From the IMG/VR virus record IMGVR_UViG_3300020185_000037, positions 52,032-72,031 of that record: a DNA stretch of 20,000 bases. One strand, written 5' to 3'. A model generated the notes under the pieces. It ran no database searches and was not told the origin of the DNA. It saw nothing but the letters and a program-made list of their open reading frames with translations. This document shows, piece after piece, positions 1-7,831 of the stretch. Numbering within the stretch: position 1 is the first letter of the stretch; each line of letters opens with the position of its first letter. The stretch comes from an uncultured virus (IMG/VR IMGVR_UViG_3300020185_000037). Lineage: Duplodnaviria > Heunggongvirae > Uroviricota > Caudoviricetes. The position numbers were made by a program, and so were the translations under genes.

Positions 1-207
1 TCGCATTCGTATAAATTCACGTTCGGCATCTGATGCTTCTTGTAGTGTAAGTACTTGAGTGTCTTTAAATACCTTAGTATTAGTTACCACCCAAATCTCT
101 TCATTGACAATTTGTAAGTCTACAATAAAGTAAACATCAGACGTGTCAATATCTACGCAATGCCGCTCGTCCTGTAATCTTTCAAGTCGATGTCTATCGA
201 GTTGCAT
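1..207 (-). CDS. Hypothetical protein, runs off the left edge (MQLDRHRLERLQDERHCVDID...)
   Basis: Hand translation. ATG at 207 overlaps the TAA of 207..644 (TAATG coupling); 69 open codons to the window edge. Confidence 0.7.
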   Translation of the reverse strand, partial: MQLDRHRLERLQDERHCVDIDTSDVYFIVDLQIVNEEIWVVTNTKVFKDTQVLTLQEASDAEREFIRMR

Positions 208-644
208 TATGACCAGTCTTTTTCATAAGTGTAATAGTAATCAGCACGTGCACAATCGGCCAATGCTTTTTCTAATACAATAATGATATCCTTAGCACTC
301 ATCATTTTAATTTGAGCGTTTATCCACATTTCAGAAAGCTCACGTTGAGCTTTATATGTCCCGCCATTTACACCAAACTTTTTAAGAGCGTATGATAAAA
401 GACCACTAGTAAAACGACAATACACCGTATCAATACTATTAACACGTGAACCGACCGTCCATCTATCTTCAAGCATGCCCGAGTCTTGCATTTCTTGTAA
501 AATAGTTCGACGGTCAGTCATCATGAAATGAGTCATCATAAATGCTTTAATTTTAGCTTTATTATCATCATTAAGAATCAAAGCGCTACCACCAATGTTA
601 CCGTTACAAGTTACCTCGCTTGCGTTAAATTTTAAATTTGTCAT
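207..644 (-). CDS. Hypothetical phage protein (145 aa)
   Basis: ORF track; tightly packed with neighbours; no motif recognised. Confidence 0.75.
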   Translation of the reverse strand: MTNLKFNASEVTCNGNIGGSALILNDDNKAKIKAFMMTHFMMTDRRTILQEMQDSGMLEDRWTVGSRVNSIDTVYCRFTSGLLSYALKKFGVNGGTYKAQRELSEMWINAQIKMMSAKDIIIVLEKALADCARADYYYTYEKDWS

Positions 645-645
645 T

Positions 646-828
646 TTACTTTATGTTAAGGGTTGAGTTATTTGTTTTGAAGCCGATTGTTGGTACATAA
701 CCAATCACTTGGTTTTTACGATTTTCAATCATTTGTTTTGTCATATTAAGAGTTTCAACATCTGACTCAGTTGCAACCCAGTCGGTAAACAAATAAGTTA
801 ATAGTTTTGATTTAAGTTTCTTTTTCAT
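646..828 (-). CDS. Hypothetical protein (60 aa, MKKKLKSK...)
   Basis: The track start (891) lies in the promoter repeat at 842-890. The ATG at 828, just downstream of the repeat, is the more likely start. Confidence 0.7.
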   Translation of the reverse strand: MKKKLKSKLLTYLFTDWVATESDVETLNMTKQMIENRKNQVIGYVPTIGFKTNNSTLNIK

Positions 829-841
829 GTGCTTGTTTTTA

Positions 842-890
842 ATTACTATACTAATATAGGCAAAATAATCGACATTAAAAAGTTTTATCA
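842..890 (-). promoter_or_regulatory. Class-1 promoter repeat, copy 1
   Basis: Minus strand reads AAAACTTTTTAATGTCGATTATTTTGCCTATATTAGTATAGTAAT, matching the other copies; overlaps the stop of 875..1099. Confidence 0.8.
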
Positions 891-1099
891 ATAAAAACTT
901 TAATATTTTTGTACTTTTTTTTGTAATACTCTATTAAACCTTCACCACCTACACCAACATCTTCAATAATCCATCTATGTGGAATTGGTGGTTTACGTTT
1001 AGCACTATCTAATACAACATCAACGGTAATACTACTTTTGGTAAACACTGCCATTTGAGGTTGGGATCTTTTGGTTTTTCTGAATACTACAATTGTCAT
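875..1099 (-). CDS. Hypothetical protein (74 aa)
   Basis: ORF track; start overlaps the stop of the nucleotidase gene. Confidence 0.7.
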   Translation of the reverse strand: MTIVVFRKTKRSQPQMAVFTKSSITVDVVLDSAKRKPPIPHRWIIEDVGVGGEGLIEYYKKKYKNIKVFIDKTF

Positions 1100-1560
1100 T
1101 ACTCTTGAATCATTTTAAATAGTTCTAAAACGCTATCCCAGTTTGGAATATCATGTGTACCAAAGTGGATATGAGTTCCTTCAAATTCTGCGACGCCATT
1201 TTTAATACGGTCATCAACTAAGAAGTCACCTTTAAGCAAACCTTTATTATGTGATAGTATTAATCTTTTGTATGCTGAATCGCCCAAATGCTTTTCAACC
1301 CAAATACGCTTTGCTTTCCAAGATTCTGGATTATCCCAAGGTGCAGTTGATAGAATATAAACATTATGCTTGTCAGCAAGTTCACGAAATGCAGCGATTG
1401 CACCTGGTATAGGTTTTGCATCATAGAATATTTGAGGATGCATATCGATTATAGTACCAATGCCATATTTTTTAATATAATCTGGACTAAATGTTTCATT
1501 AATATATCTTTCAATATCAACAACGACCCCGTCAAGGTCAATATAAATAGTTTGTTTCAT
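1099..1560 (-). CDS. HAD-family 5'(3')-deoxyribonucleotidase (NT5C-like)
   Basis: IYIDLDGV motif I, ILST motif II, K..W...HLG, GDFLVDD motif IV. Confidence 0.9.
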   Translation of the reverse strand: MKQTIYIDLDGVVVDIERYINETFSPDYIKKYGIGTIIDMHPQIFYDAKPIPGAIAAFRELADKHNVYILSTAPWDNPESWKAKRIWVEKHLGDSAYKRLILSHNKGLLKGDFLVDDRIKNGVAEFEGTHIHFGTHDIPNWDSVLELFKMIQE

Positions 1561-1568
1561 ATCTGTTA

Positions 1569-1772
1569 TTAAGTATTACTAGCTAATATAGTTATTTTTT
1601 TTGACAATAAAAAACTTTTGTCTACTTTTTTTACACCACCGCCTACAAATCTTTTTTTAATATCGTATTCTATAATCCAAGCTGAATTATCGTCTTTGTG
1701 TATTGTTGTATAAGATTGACCCTCGTGTATGAATACTTCAACACTGGTTGTACGCTTTTTCTTATGTGGCAT
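1569..1772 (-). CDS. Hypothetical protein (67 aa)
   Basis: ORF track; fills the gap between neighbours. Confidence 0.6.
   Translation of the reverse strand: MPHKKKRTTSVEVFIHEGQSYTTIHKDDNSAWIIEYDIKKRFVGGGVKKVDKSFLLSKKITILASNT
1574..1619 (-). promoter_or_regulatory. Degenerate class-1 promoter repeat, copy 2, inside the 3' end of 1569..1772
   Basis: Minus strand AAAAGTTTTTTATTGTCAAAAAAAATAACTATATTAGCTAGTAAT keeps the T-tract, TGTC, CTATATT and GTAAT layout; lies just upstream of the nucleotidase ATG. Confidence 0.6.
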
Positions 1773-1773
1773 A

Positions 1774-1968
1774 TTATTCTTGCGTTGGTTCGCGTCTATC
1801 TAATTCAAACTTAGGTTCACATTTATCACACACATAAACACCATAATAACCGCTATTAGGGTCATGTCTATGCATCTGTATATAAACGCGATTAAGCTCT
1901 TTAAACTTGAAGCTACCTATACAACGTGCACAAACAGCATCCTTTACACTTTTACTCTTCTTTGCCAT
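1774..1968 (-). CDS. Small zinc-finger protein (64 aa)
   Basis: CARC...CDKC pairs. Start moved to MAKKSK at 1968 because the upstream part overlaps 1952..2104. Confidence 0.7.
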   Translation of the reverse strand: MAKKSKSVKDAVCARCIGSFKFKELNRVYIQMHRHDPNSGYYGVYVCDKCEPKFELDRREPTQE

Positions 1969-2104
1969 AATCTTTTTTATGTTTATCTTTACGCGAATAC
2001 TTATTGTCATCCCCATGATCTTTTTGAATCATACGACGACGAATAAGTTGACTTAAATGACGTTCACTATAACCGTCAACTTTATTTGGTTTCTTTTTAG
2101 CCAT
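1952..2104 (-). CDS. Small basic protein (50 aa) with an ArfA-like YSRKDKHK motif; not in ORF track
   Basis: Hand translation MAKKKPNKVDGYSERHLSQLIRRRMIQKDHGDDNKYSRKDKHKKDYGKEE; ATG coupled to the TAA of 2104..2334. Confidence 0.7.
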   Translation of the reverse strand: MAKKKPNKVDGYSERHLSQLIRRRMIQKDHGDDNKYSRKDKHKKDYGKEE

Positions 2105-2334
2105 TAGTATAAGAAGTTTTCAACTTGTTCGTAAACCAAGTCGCTATCATTATTAAGTTCATCAAGTTCTCGTTCAGTGGCTTCACGCCATTTTCCGTTT
2201 TCAAGAATACTTGCGTCTGCAATATATGCATCACAAAAATCAGGATAATCACGAGTGTCGATTCCATCAACTTCGAGGTCAGCAACTTCTAATCCATTAA
2301 GGAAAATCTGTTTGTTTACATAAGTAATAGGCAT
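2104..2334 (-). CDS. Acidic phage protein (EVDGIDTRDYPDFCDAYI motif)
   Basis: ORF track; directly downstream of a class-1 repeat; motif recalled from uncharacterised phage proteins. Confidence 0.8.
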   Translation of the reverse strand: MPITYVNKQIFLNGLEVADLEVDGIDTRDYPDFCDAYIADASILENGKWREATERELDELNNDSDLVYEQVENFLY

Positions 2335-2366
2335 AATATTTGTTTTTTAAAGGTTAATACTTTCAT

Positions 2367-2433
2367 TTGATTACTATGTAAATATAGGCAAAATAAACGA
2401 CATAAAAAAACTTTTAGCCAATTATTTTAAAAT
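2367..2433 (-). promoter_or_regulatory. Class-1 promoter repeat, copy 3
   Basis: Plus strand TTGATTACTATGTAAATATAGGCAAAATAAACGACATAAAAAAACTTTTAGCCAATTATTTT. Confidence 0.9.
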
Positions 2434-2462
2434 AAAAAGGGGTATACTTACGCACACCCCTT
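2434..2462 (-). terminator. Intrinsic terminator after the DUF932 gene
   Basis: Minus strand GGGGUGUGC-GUAA-GUAUACCCC followed by UUUUUAUUUU. Confidence 0.85.
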
Positions 2463-2486
2463 ATATTATATTATGATAGCACTATA

Positions 2487-3620
2487 TTAATTAAGTACTT
2501 CACCATGTTGGTATGAATTCAAACCTTTGAAAGGTGACGCAACACGATTACCTAAGTCCCATGCACGACCTAATAAGTTTCCAGCTCTAACCATAAGGTC
2601 AGTACCTTTGTGACTTTCAAAGCCATCAACTAAGTCTTCACCATGTGACGCAAAGTGAGTCATTGAATTTACAACACTCCAAACCGATTGGTCAGATTCT
2701 GCATTCTTAAGTTCTGCGTTATTGAAATCTTTAGTATCAATACCTGCACGTGAGTATTCAAGTAGGTTTTCGTGAAGAGGTATCCACTGACCAGCTCTAT
2801 CACCAGCACCTGCACTTTTAATTGCGGAAGTTGCACGATTAAGCTCATTTAAAGAAGCTGGTGTTTTACGTGCTTTGTTTACTAATTCATTAAATTCAGC
2901 AGGTACAAAGTTGCGACGTGTGAGTCCTTGAATGTACTCGTTGAATTGAGTAAGCGATTTTTCACTTAGGTTTGTCATGTTGTACTTATCTTCAGCAAGT
3001 GAAGTAGTAAGTCCGTTAGTACACCAAAGACGATTTACATAAGGTGAAACTTGAAATCCAGTAATAGGTGAGTTCTTCATTGTAATACCCGCGGTAAATA
3101 CATCTTTTTCATCACCCGCAACTGAGAATGTTGCACCTTCTTTAATAGCATTAAGAGTTACAATACCCGTAGTTGGGTCTGTCGTCCAGTTTGTAACACC
3201 AAAGTTACCGCCATTAAGAATACGTTCTGCATTCTCAACAAAGTTTGAGTTAGAAATAAGTTCTGAAGCATCTTTTGTGAATGCAACAATTACTTTGTTA
3301 ACAGGATTAAGTACCATTGTAATGTTTGGCATGCTACCCGCGTTAGAAGCCATTGCGTTTTTCATTGTATTAATGAATTGCGCCTTAGCTTTAGGGTTGA
3401 AGAGTTTTTCAAACTTCTTAATGAATGTTTGACTCATACCCGTCATTTTCATTAGTGATTTAAAAGCCTCACTAGTAATTTTGATTTGAGAGCCATTGTA
3501 GAAGATTGTCTTCTCGTCAATAACTTCAATTTCACGAGCCGCTACTGTTCTGCGTAGTGCTTGTGCGTTTAATGTTTCCAACTTGCGCGATTGGATTGCG
3601 TTGTTTGATAATGTTACCAT
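2487..3620 (-). CDS. DUF932-like protein (377 aa)
   Basis: GITMKNS...RLWCTNGL matches the RLxCxNG signature of DUF932; C-terminal WSVVNSMTHFASH helix. Confidence 0.75.
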   Translation of the reverse strand: MVTLSNNAIQSRKLETLNAQALRRTVAAREIEVIDEKTIFYNGSQIKITSEAFKSLMKMTGMSQTFIKKFEKLFNPKAKAQFINTMKNAMASNAGSMPNITMVLNPVNKVIVAFTKDASELISNSNFVENAERILNGGNFGVTNWTTDPTTGIVTLNAIKEGATFSVAGDEKDVFTAGITMKNSPITGFQVSPYVNRLWCTNGLTTSLAEDKYNMTNLSEKSLTQFNEYIQGLTRRNFVPAEFNELVNKARKTPASLNELNRATSAIKSAGAGDRAGQWIPLHENLLEYSRAGIDTKDFNNAELKNAESDQSVWSVVNSMTHFASHGEDLVDGFESHKGTDLMVRAGNLLGRAWDLGNRVASPFKGLNSYQHGEVLN

Positions 3621-3658
3621 GTTTATTAATTAAATTAAGAGAGACAGCATTGTCTCAT

Positions 3659-3730
3659 TGTTATACTATAAATATAGGCAAAGTTTACGACATAAAAAAA
3701 CTTTTAGCCAATTATTTTCAAATTATTTTC
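3659..3730 (-). promoter_or_regulatory. Class-1 promoter repeat, copy 4
   Basis: Plus strand TACTATAAATATAGGCAAAGTTTACGACATAAAAAAACTTTTAGCCAATTATTTTCAAATTATTTT. Confidence 0.9.
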
Positions 3731-3737
3731 AAAATAA

Positions 3738-3757
3738 TAAAAGGACCCTAAGGTCCT
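3738..3757 (-). terminator. Short intrinsic terminator
   Basis: Minus strand AGGACC-UUAG-GGUCCU-UUUAUUAUUUU, just after the stop of 3762..4001. Confidence 0.65.
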
Positions 3758-3761
3758 AATA

Positions 3762-4001
3762 TTATAACTTTGCGTTTTTAAGAATTTCATAGTAATATAC
3801 ACCGTCTGAATTCATGCGTTGTACATCATGCTCTAAGTCTTTAATAAACTTATCTAAGTCTCTTTGATTAATCGACTTTTCTGCTTTTGTAAAAAATGCA
3901 TCCATTGTATTTTGACCATCTGTACTTAAACGGTCATACGTCGTATCTAGTCCTTCTAGTGCGTCGATTAAGTCTGCGTCTGAAATCTTTTTCTTTGCCA
4001 T
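3762..4001 (-). CDS. Hypothetical protein with an internal two-fold repeat (79 aa)
   Basis: ORF track; lies between a class-1 repeat and a terminator. Confidence 0.8.
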   Translation of the reverse strand: MAKKKISDADLIDALEGLDTTYDRLSTDGQNTMDAFFTKAEKSINQRDLDKFIKDLEHDVQRMNSDGVYYYEILKNAKL

Positions 4002-4037
4002 TGTCTTTTGATTTATTTTAATTATATATTCTCAACT

Positions 4038-4101
4038 AATTACTATGTAAATATAGGCAATTAATTTGACATAAAAAAGTTTTCGGCTAAATTCTTTTCA
4101 A
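4038..4101 (-). promoter_or_regulatory. Class-1 promoter repeat, copy 5
   Basis: Plus strand ATTACTATGTAAATATAGGCAATTAATTTGACATAAAAAAGTTTTCGGCTAAATTCTTTTCAA; also encodes the C-terminus of the peptidase. Confidence 0.85.
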
Positions 4102-4471
4102 GTTTTTTTGCCTCAGCCTCCCATGGCCTATCATAATAATCTAAAGTAGCTAATCGTTCTGGATTATATACCTCACCCTTCCAATAAAACGTTTGATTCA
4201 TATAGTCATGTCTAAGGTCTCCTTTTAAAGTTTGTAACACATGAACCATCTCGTGTGAAATAACCTCACCTAACTTATCTTCAGGACAGTCTTTGAAAAT
4301 ACAAATGTATTGACTCCCCATAATTTCAGCGTTGAATCCATATTTATCAGGTGATGTATGTTCCATAAAATACACGTTAACATCACACTCAATACCAAGC
4401 GCAAACGCAACAGCAGCTGCCTTCTTGTTGATATCGGATTTGTTTCTACGTTTACCTGTAACTTTAATCAT
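4061..4471 (-). CDS. Putative zincin-like metallopeptidase (136 aa)
   Basis: ISHEMVHVLQ (HExxH) and a downstream PWEAEA Glu. Start moved to MIKVTG at 4471, overlapping the end of 4464..4607. Confidence 0.8.
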   Translation of the reverse strand: MIKVTGKRRNKSDINKKAAAVAFALGIECDVNVYFMEHTSPDKYGFNAEIMGSQYICIFKDCPEDKLGEVISHEMVHVLQTLKGDLRHDYMNQTFYWKGEVYNPERLATLDYYDRPWEAEAKKLEKNLAENFFMSN

Positions 4472-4607
4472 TGTACTTGTATTTACCCGCATCGTGATGT
4501 GCACGCATGTTACTAATAATCTTAAGAAGCTCAGATGCTTCTTTAGTATCTCCGGTTCGGACTGCTTCTTCGTAATGAAATTGCATAACCGTTAATTCCT
4601 CTGACAT
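4464..4607 (-). CDS. Small hypothetical protein (47 aa); not in ORF track
   Basis: Hand translation MSEELTVMQFHYEEAVRTGDTKEASELLKIISNMRAHHDAGKYKYND; A-rich leader; fills the gap after the methylase. Confidence 0.6.
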   Translation of the reverse strand: MSEELTVMQFHYEEAVRTGDTKEASELLKIISNMRAHHDAGKYKYND

Positions 4608-4616
4608 ATTGTTTTT

Positions 4617-5507
4617 TTAAAAAAGTTCAGTTGTTGATAACTTACCCGCATTTGCGTCTGGAAGGTCTTTAAAGGCATCGCCTATGTTTGTAATAAGAAC
4701 TTCAACTGTTGCATCTTCACGTTCTACACCGGTTACCCGTGAGCTCCATGCGTTGTAAGACATGTCAATAAGATATGCGTTAAAGTTTTTTGACCACTCA
4801 ATTAGATCATTATTAATAACACCCTTATGTGAAAACGTATTTGACAATATAAATTTGTAACCTTCTTTGTCTAAATTTGTAATAAATTTTAAAAGTTCAA
4901 GTTCATCGTTCTTTACCCAACCGCCGTATTGAAATTTACTCGCAATATATGGTGGGTCTAAATAAATAATATCGTTATCCTTGTCAACTTTAGATTTGTC
5001 GATAGTGTTATACTGTGATAGTGTAACTTGAATATCTTTTTCTTTATACAATTCAACATGTAGTTTGAGTCTATCAACGTCTAATGGCTTTTCACCAAAA
5101 GATGCATTAAAACCGTTCTTACTAAATCGTATAAGTGAATTGAAAGCTATTTGAGAAAGCACATAAAGCTGGTGTACGTTTTCAGAAGTTACTCCGTTTA
5201 ATAACCAGTCTTTATTGAAAGCTTCTCTGAGTGTATTGTAAGATTCTTTGTTGTGACCTGACTTGAAGTAAGTATCGTAGCAAGCTTGCATTTTATTTGG
5301 AAGCTCTGTATCTTGTAAGGCTTGGTGCATTGCAACCACAGCAGGGTCAACGTCAGTAGACATTCCACCGCCATTAGAATTATACATACAAACACCAGAA
5401 CCTACAAACGGTTCATGAACCTTATTATACTTTCGTAAAACCGGTTTAAGATACGCGTTGTAGATTCTTGTTTTATTTCCGCTATATGAAAACGGTCCTT
5501 TAATCAC
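4617..5507 (-). CDS. dam: DNA adenine methyltransferase, Dam/D12 class
   Basis: PFSYSGNK, EPFVGSG (SAM binding), RFSKNGFNASFG, YLDPPY catalytic motif, LSN, EVLITN. Target sequence not established. Confidence 0.9.
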   Translation of the reverse strand: MIKGPFSYSGNKTRIYNAYLKPVLRKYNKVHEPFVGSGVCMYNSNGGGMSTDVDPAVVAMHQALQDTELPNKMQACYDTYFKSGHNKESYNTLREAFNKDWLLNGVTSENVHQLYVLSQIAFNSLIRFSKNGFNASFGEKPLDVDRLKLHVELYKEKDIQVTLSQYNTIDKSKVDKDNDIIYLDPPYIASKFQYGGWVKNDELELLKFITNLDKEGYKFILSNTFSHKGVINNDLIEWSKNFNAYLIDMSYNAWSSRVTGVEREDATVEVLITNIGDAFKDLPDANAGKLSTTELF

Positions 5508-5812
5508 AATTCACCGGGGTTAACATTGTCGGCACCATGATTGTTATAACCGTTTTGCTTGATATAATTATCTAGTCCACCGATATAAGCCGCAGCGTCT
5601 AATAAGTTGTCTTCTCTATAGTTGTAAGAATGTCTACTAAACTTAAGAGCAATTAGCGCAGCATACATATCAGCACCTGTAAAATCTTTACCTGTCATTC
5701 CAGATGCAATCATTGCAGCCCGGTCCATGCCTTCTTCAAAGGGTCCATACATACGTTCTTTCTCTTCAGAACGTTGATTGATAATTTTGTTAGCTTCTTC
5801 TAATATATTCAT
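5504..5812 (-). CDS. DUF6378-like phage protein
   Basis: ILEEANKII...R...YG...LKFSR...DNLLDAAAY pattern. Confidence 0.75.
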   Translation of the reverse strand: MNILEEANKIINQRSEEKERMYGPFEEGMDRAAMIASGMTGKDFTGADMYAALIALKFSRHSYNYREDNLLDAAAYIGGLDNYIKQNGYNNHGADNVNPGEL

Positions 5813-5828
5813 GTGTTAATATTTTATT

Positions 5829-5858
5829 ATTATACGCTTATAATATATTATTGTTTCA
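5829..5858 (-). promoter_or_regulatory. Class-2 promoter
   Basis: TGAAAC-N18-TATAAT, between the clpP terminator and the DUF6378 ATG. Confidence 0.7.
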
Positions 5859-5862
5859 AAAT

Positions 5863-5890
5863 AAAAAACCCAAGACAAATGCCTCGGGTC
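5863..5890 (-). terminator. Intrinsic terminator after clpP
   Basis: Minus strand ACCCGAGGC-AUUU-GUCUUGGGU-UUUUU. Confidence 0.85.
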
Positions 5891-5915
5891 CTTTAAAATT
5901 TAGAGTTTAGTATTT

Positions 5916-6581
5916 TTATCGTCTAATTACTTCATCAATAATTCCGTAGTCTAGTGCTTCATCAGCAGTTAACCAGAAATCTCGAGTAGCATCTTTAGCA
6001 ACCTTTGCAGCAGTCTTACCACAATACTCACCTAATAAGATAAACAATTCTTTGTTAATCTTTTGCCATTCTTTCCAATCCACTTCAGCATCTTGAATGT
6101 TTCCAGAGAACCCACCAGAAGATTGGTGTAACATAGTGCGAGAGTGTCTTAGTGATGCACGCTTTCCTTTGGTACCCGCACCTAAAAGTACAGAGCCCAT
6201 AGAAGCCGCCATTCCAGTATTCACCGTGCGAATATCAGTTGTAATGTATTCCATAACGTCAACCATTGATAGACCTGATTTAACAGAACCACCCGGTGAA
6301 TCAATGTGCATCGTAATGTCATCTTTACTGGCGTTGTCTAAGAACATAAGTTGAGCTTGTACAACAGTTGACATGTTATCATTTACAGGACCCGCAACCC
6401 AAAGAATGCGATCACGCATCAATCTAGAGAAGATATCCATCTGTGTCATTCTCATTTCACGCTCTTCAAGAATGTAAGGCGTCATAGAACCTTCGATTTG
6501 CTTTTGGTAGTAGTCCATGTTTGATGAGCTGAGGTTGAAGTCGCTCATCGCGTATTTTTTAAATTCGTTTCCGTAGTTCAT
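5916..6581 (-). CDS. clpP: ATP-dependent Clp protease proteolytic subunit
   Basis: DIFSRLMRDRI, IDSPGGSV, AASMGS (Ser), MLHQ (His), TRDFWL (Asp). The TPYILEER N-terminus resembles Bacteroidota ClpP. Confidence 0.97.
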   Translation of the reverse strand: MNYGNEFKKYAMSDFNLSSSNMDYYQKQIEGSMTPYILEEREMRMTQMDIFSRLMRDRILWVAGPVNDNMSTVVQAQLMFLDNASKDDITMHIDSPGGSVKSGLSMVDVMEYITTDIRTVNTGMAASMGSVLLGAGTKGKRASLRHSRTMLHQSSGGFSGNIQDAEVDWKEWQKINKELFILLGEYCGKTAAKVAKDATRDFWLTADEALDYGIIDEVIRR

Positions 6582-6582
6582 A

Positions 6583-6936
6583 TTATAATCCTTGTTCGGT
6601 TATTTTAATTAAGTCTTTAATTAGGGTACATGTTTCATATTCTTCTATTGTAGTAAAATATTCCATGCATTTTGTAAGTGATTTAATAAAGCCATCAACC
6701 GGTAGGTCCATATCATACTCCATGCCGTTTTCATCTATTAAAATAGCAAGAGGTTCGTCGGCTGGTAATTTATTCTCAATTACGTCAATTACATATGTTA
6801 TAATTCTGCGATAAAATACGTCATGGTGAGTTACTAATTCTAATTCAACATCCTTGATAGTTTGAAAATCTTCTATTTCAATTCGTGGAATATGACTATC
6901 ATCTTCCCAATTGTCTGTATAAAATTCTGGTTCCAT
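6583..6936 (-). CDS. Acidic protein with a C-terminal UVR (UvrB/UvrC)-like motif
   Basis: EEYETCTLIKDLIK resembles the ExYExAAxxRD UVR motif; tightly coupled between the TS-like gene and clpP. Confidence 0.65.
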   Translation of the reverse strand: MEPEFYTDNWEDDSHIPRIEIEDFQTIKDVELELVTHHDVFYRRIITYVIDVIENKLPADEPLAILIDENGMEYDMDLPVDGFIKSLTKCMEYFTTIEEYETCTLIKDLIKITEQGL

Positions 6937-7778
6937 TACGCTAGTACGTATTTGTATAATAATTCTTTATATTGTTCCTGTGTCGCTTCAGCTTTAACTA
7001 AAGCGTTTACTTCTTTAATGTATTCATCACCAACATGTGTTATAATACATTTACTGTTTTCTATTTTGAATAACGGTAACTTAACTCTAACCTCTGTAGG
7101 TTCAACTTCATATCTACCTTCATCTAAAATCTTATCAGCTAATTCAAAGTGACGTTCGTAGAAGTGGATGTTATCAGCACAATGATGATAAGTACCGAAG
7201 TCTAAGTCTACGTAATCTTTTTGCAATTCCATTAGAACATGTTGATATACGAATGAAAAGAAAGGTGCATCAAAGGTCAATCCATAAAAGATATCATTTG
7301 AGCGCATTTGTACTTTCATATTCAGCTTATTATCACGGATAAAGAAATTAAGGTACATTGTACATACAAAATCTTTATTACCTTCAAACTGGTACTTAGG
7401 TTGATTTAAGAATGCAATTGCTTGACGTGTATTCTTATCAGCTTTAAGTGAATCAATAACCCATTGCAGTTGGTCATTGAAAATTAGTGAACCATAGTTT
7501 GAATTAATTTCGTTAGTACCTGGGTTTGTGATGTGTTTCCAGAAGCCTGAAAACTTTGAGATGTAATCAATGTCACGGTCTTTCATTAGGTACCACGCAA
7601 GTTCACCTGCAAAGTACTTGTAATTAAATGCACGTGATTTGAAATCTGCAATTGTGAATTTAGGGTCAAACTCTCGCTGGTCAATAGTTAACTCTCTAAC
7701 CTGCATATCGCGAGGTTGAGAGAGTTGACCATCTTGTTTGATATCTTTAATAATTTTTTTGAATGTATCGTTAAACAT
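6936..7778 (-). CDS. Thymidylate synthase-fold enzyme, probable dCMP hydroxymethylase or methylase
   Basis: GELAWY, NSNYG, TRQA, catalytic C139 (DFVCT), MRSND, GLTFD with D170, NIHFYERH. Confidence 0.85.
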   Translation of the reverse strand: MFNDTFKKIIKDIKQDGQLSQPRDMQVRELTIDQREFDPKFTIADFKSRAFNYKYFAGELAWYLMKDRDIDYISKFSGFWKHITNPGTNEINSNYGSLIFNDQLQWVIDSLKADKNTRQAIAFLNQPKYQFEGNKDFVCTMYLNFFIRDNKLNMKVQMRSNDIFYGLTFDAPFFSFVYQHVLMELQKDYVDLDFGTYHHCADNIHFYERHFELADKILDEGRYEVEPTEVRVKLPLFKIENSKCIITHVGDEYIKEVNALVKAEATQEQYKELLYKYVLA

Positions 7779-7802
7779 ATTGTGTTGTTATTATAATCAC
7801 TT

Positions 7803-7831
7803 ATTATATGATTATTTTACAAAAAGTTTAT
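7803..7831 (-). promoter_or_regulatory. Class-2 promoter
   Basis: ATAAAC-N17-TATAAT, overlapping the clpC stop and upstream of the TS-like gene. Confidence 0.6.

Noticed and set aside
2097..5395. Same-strand alternate-frame ORFs 2097..2285 and 5198..5395
   Set aside because: Overlap better-supported genes almost entirely and have no motifs.
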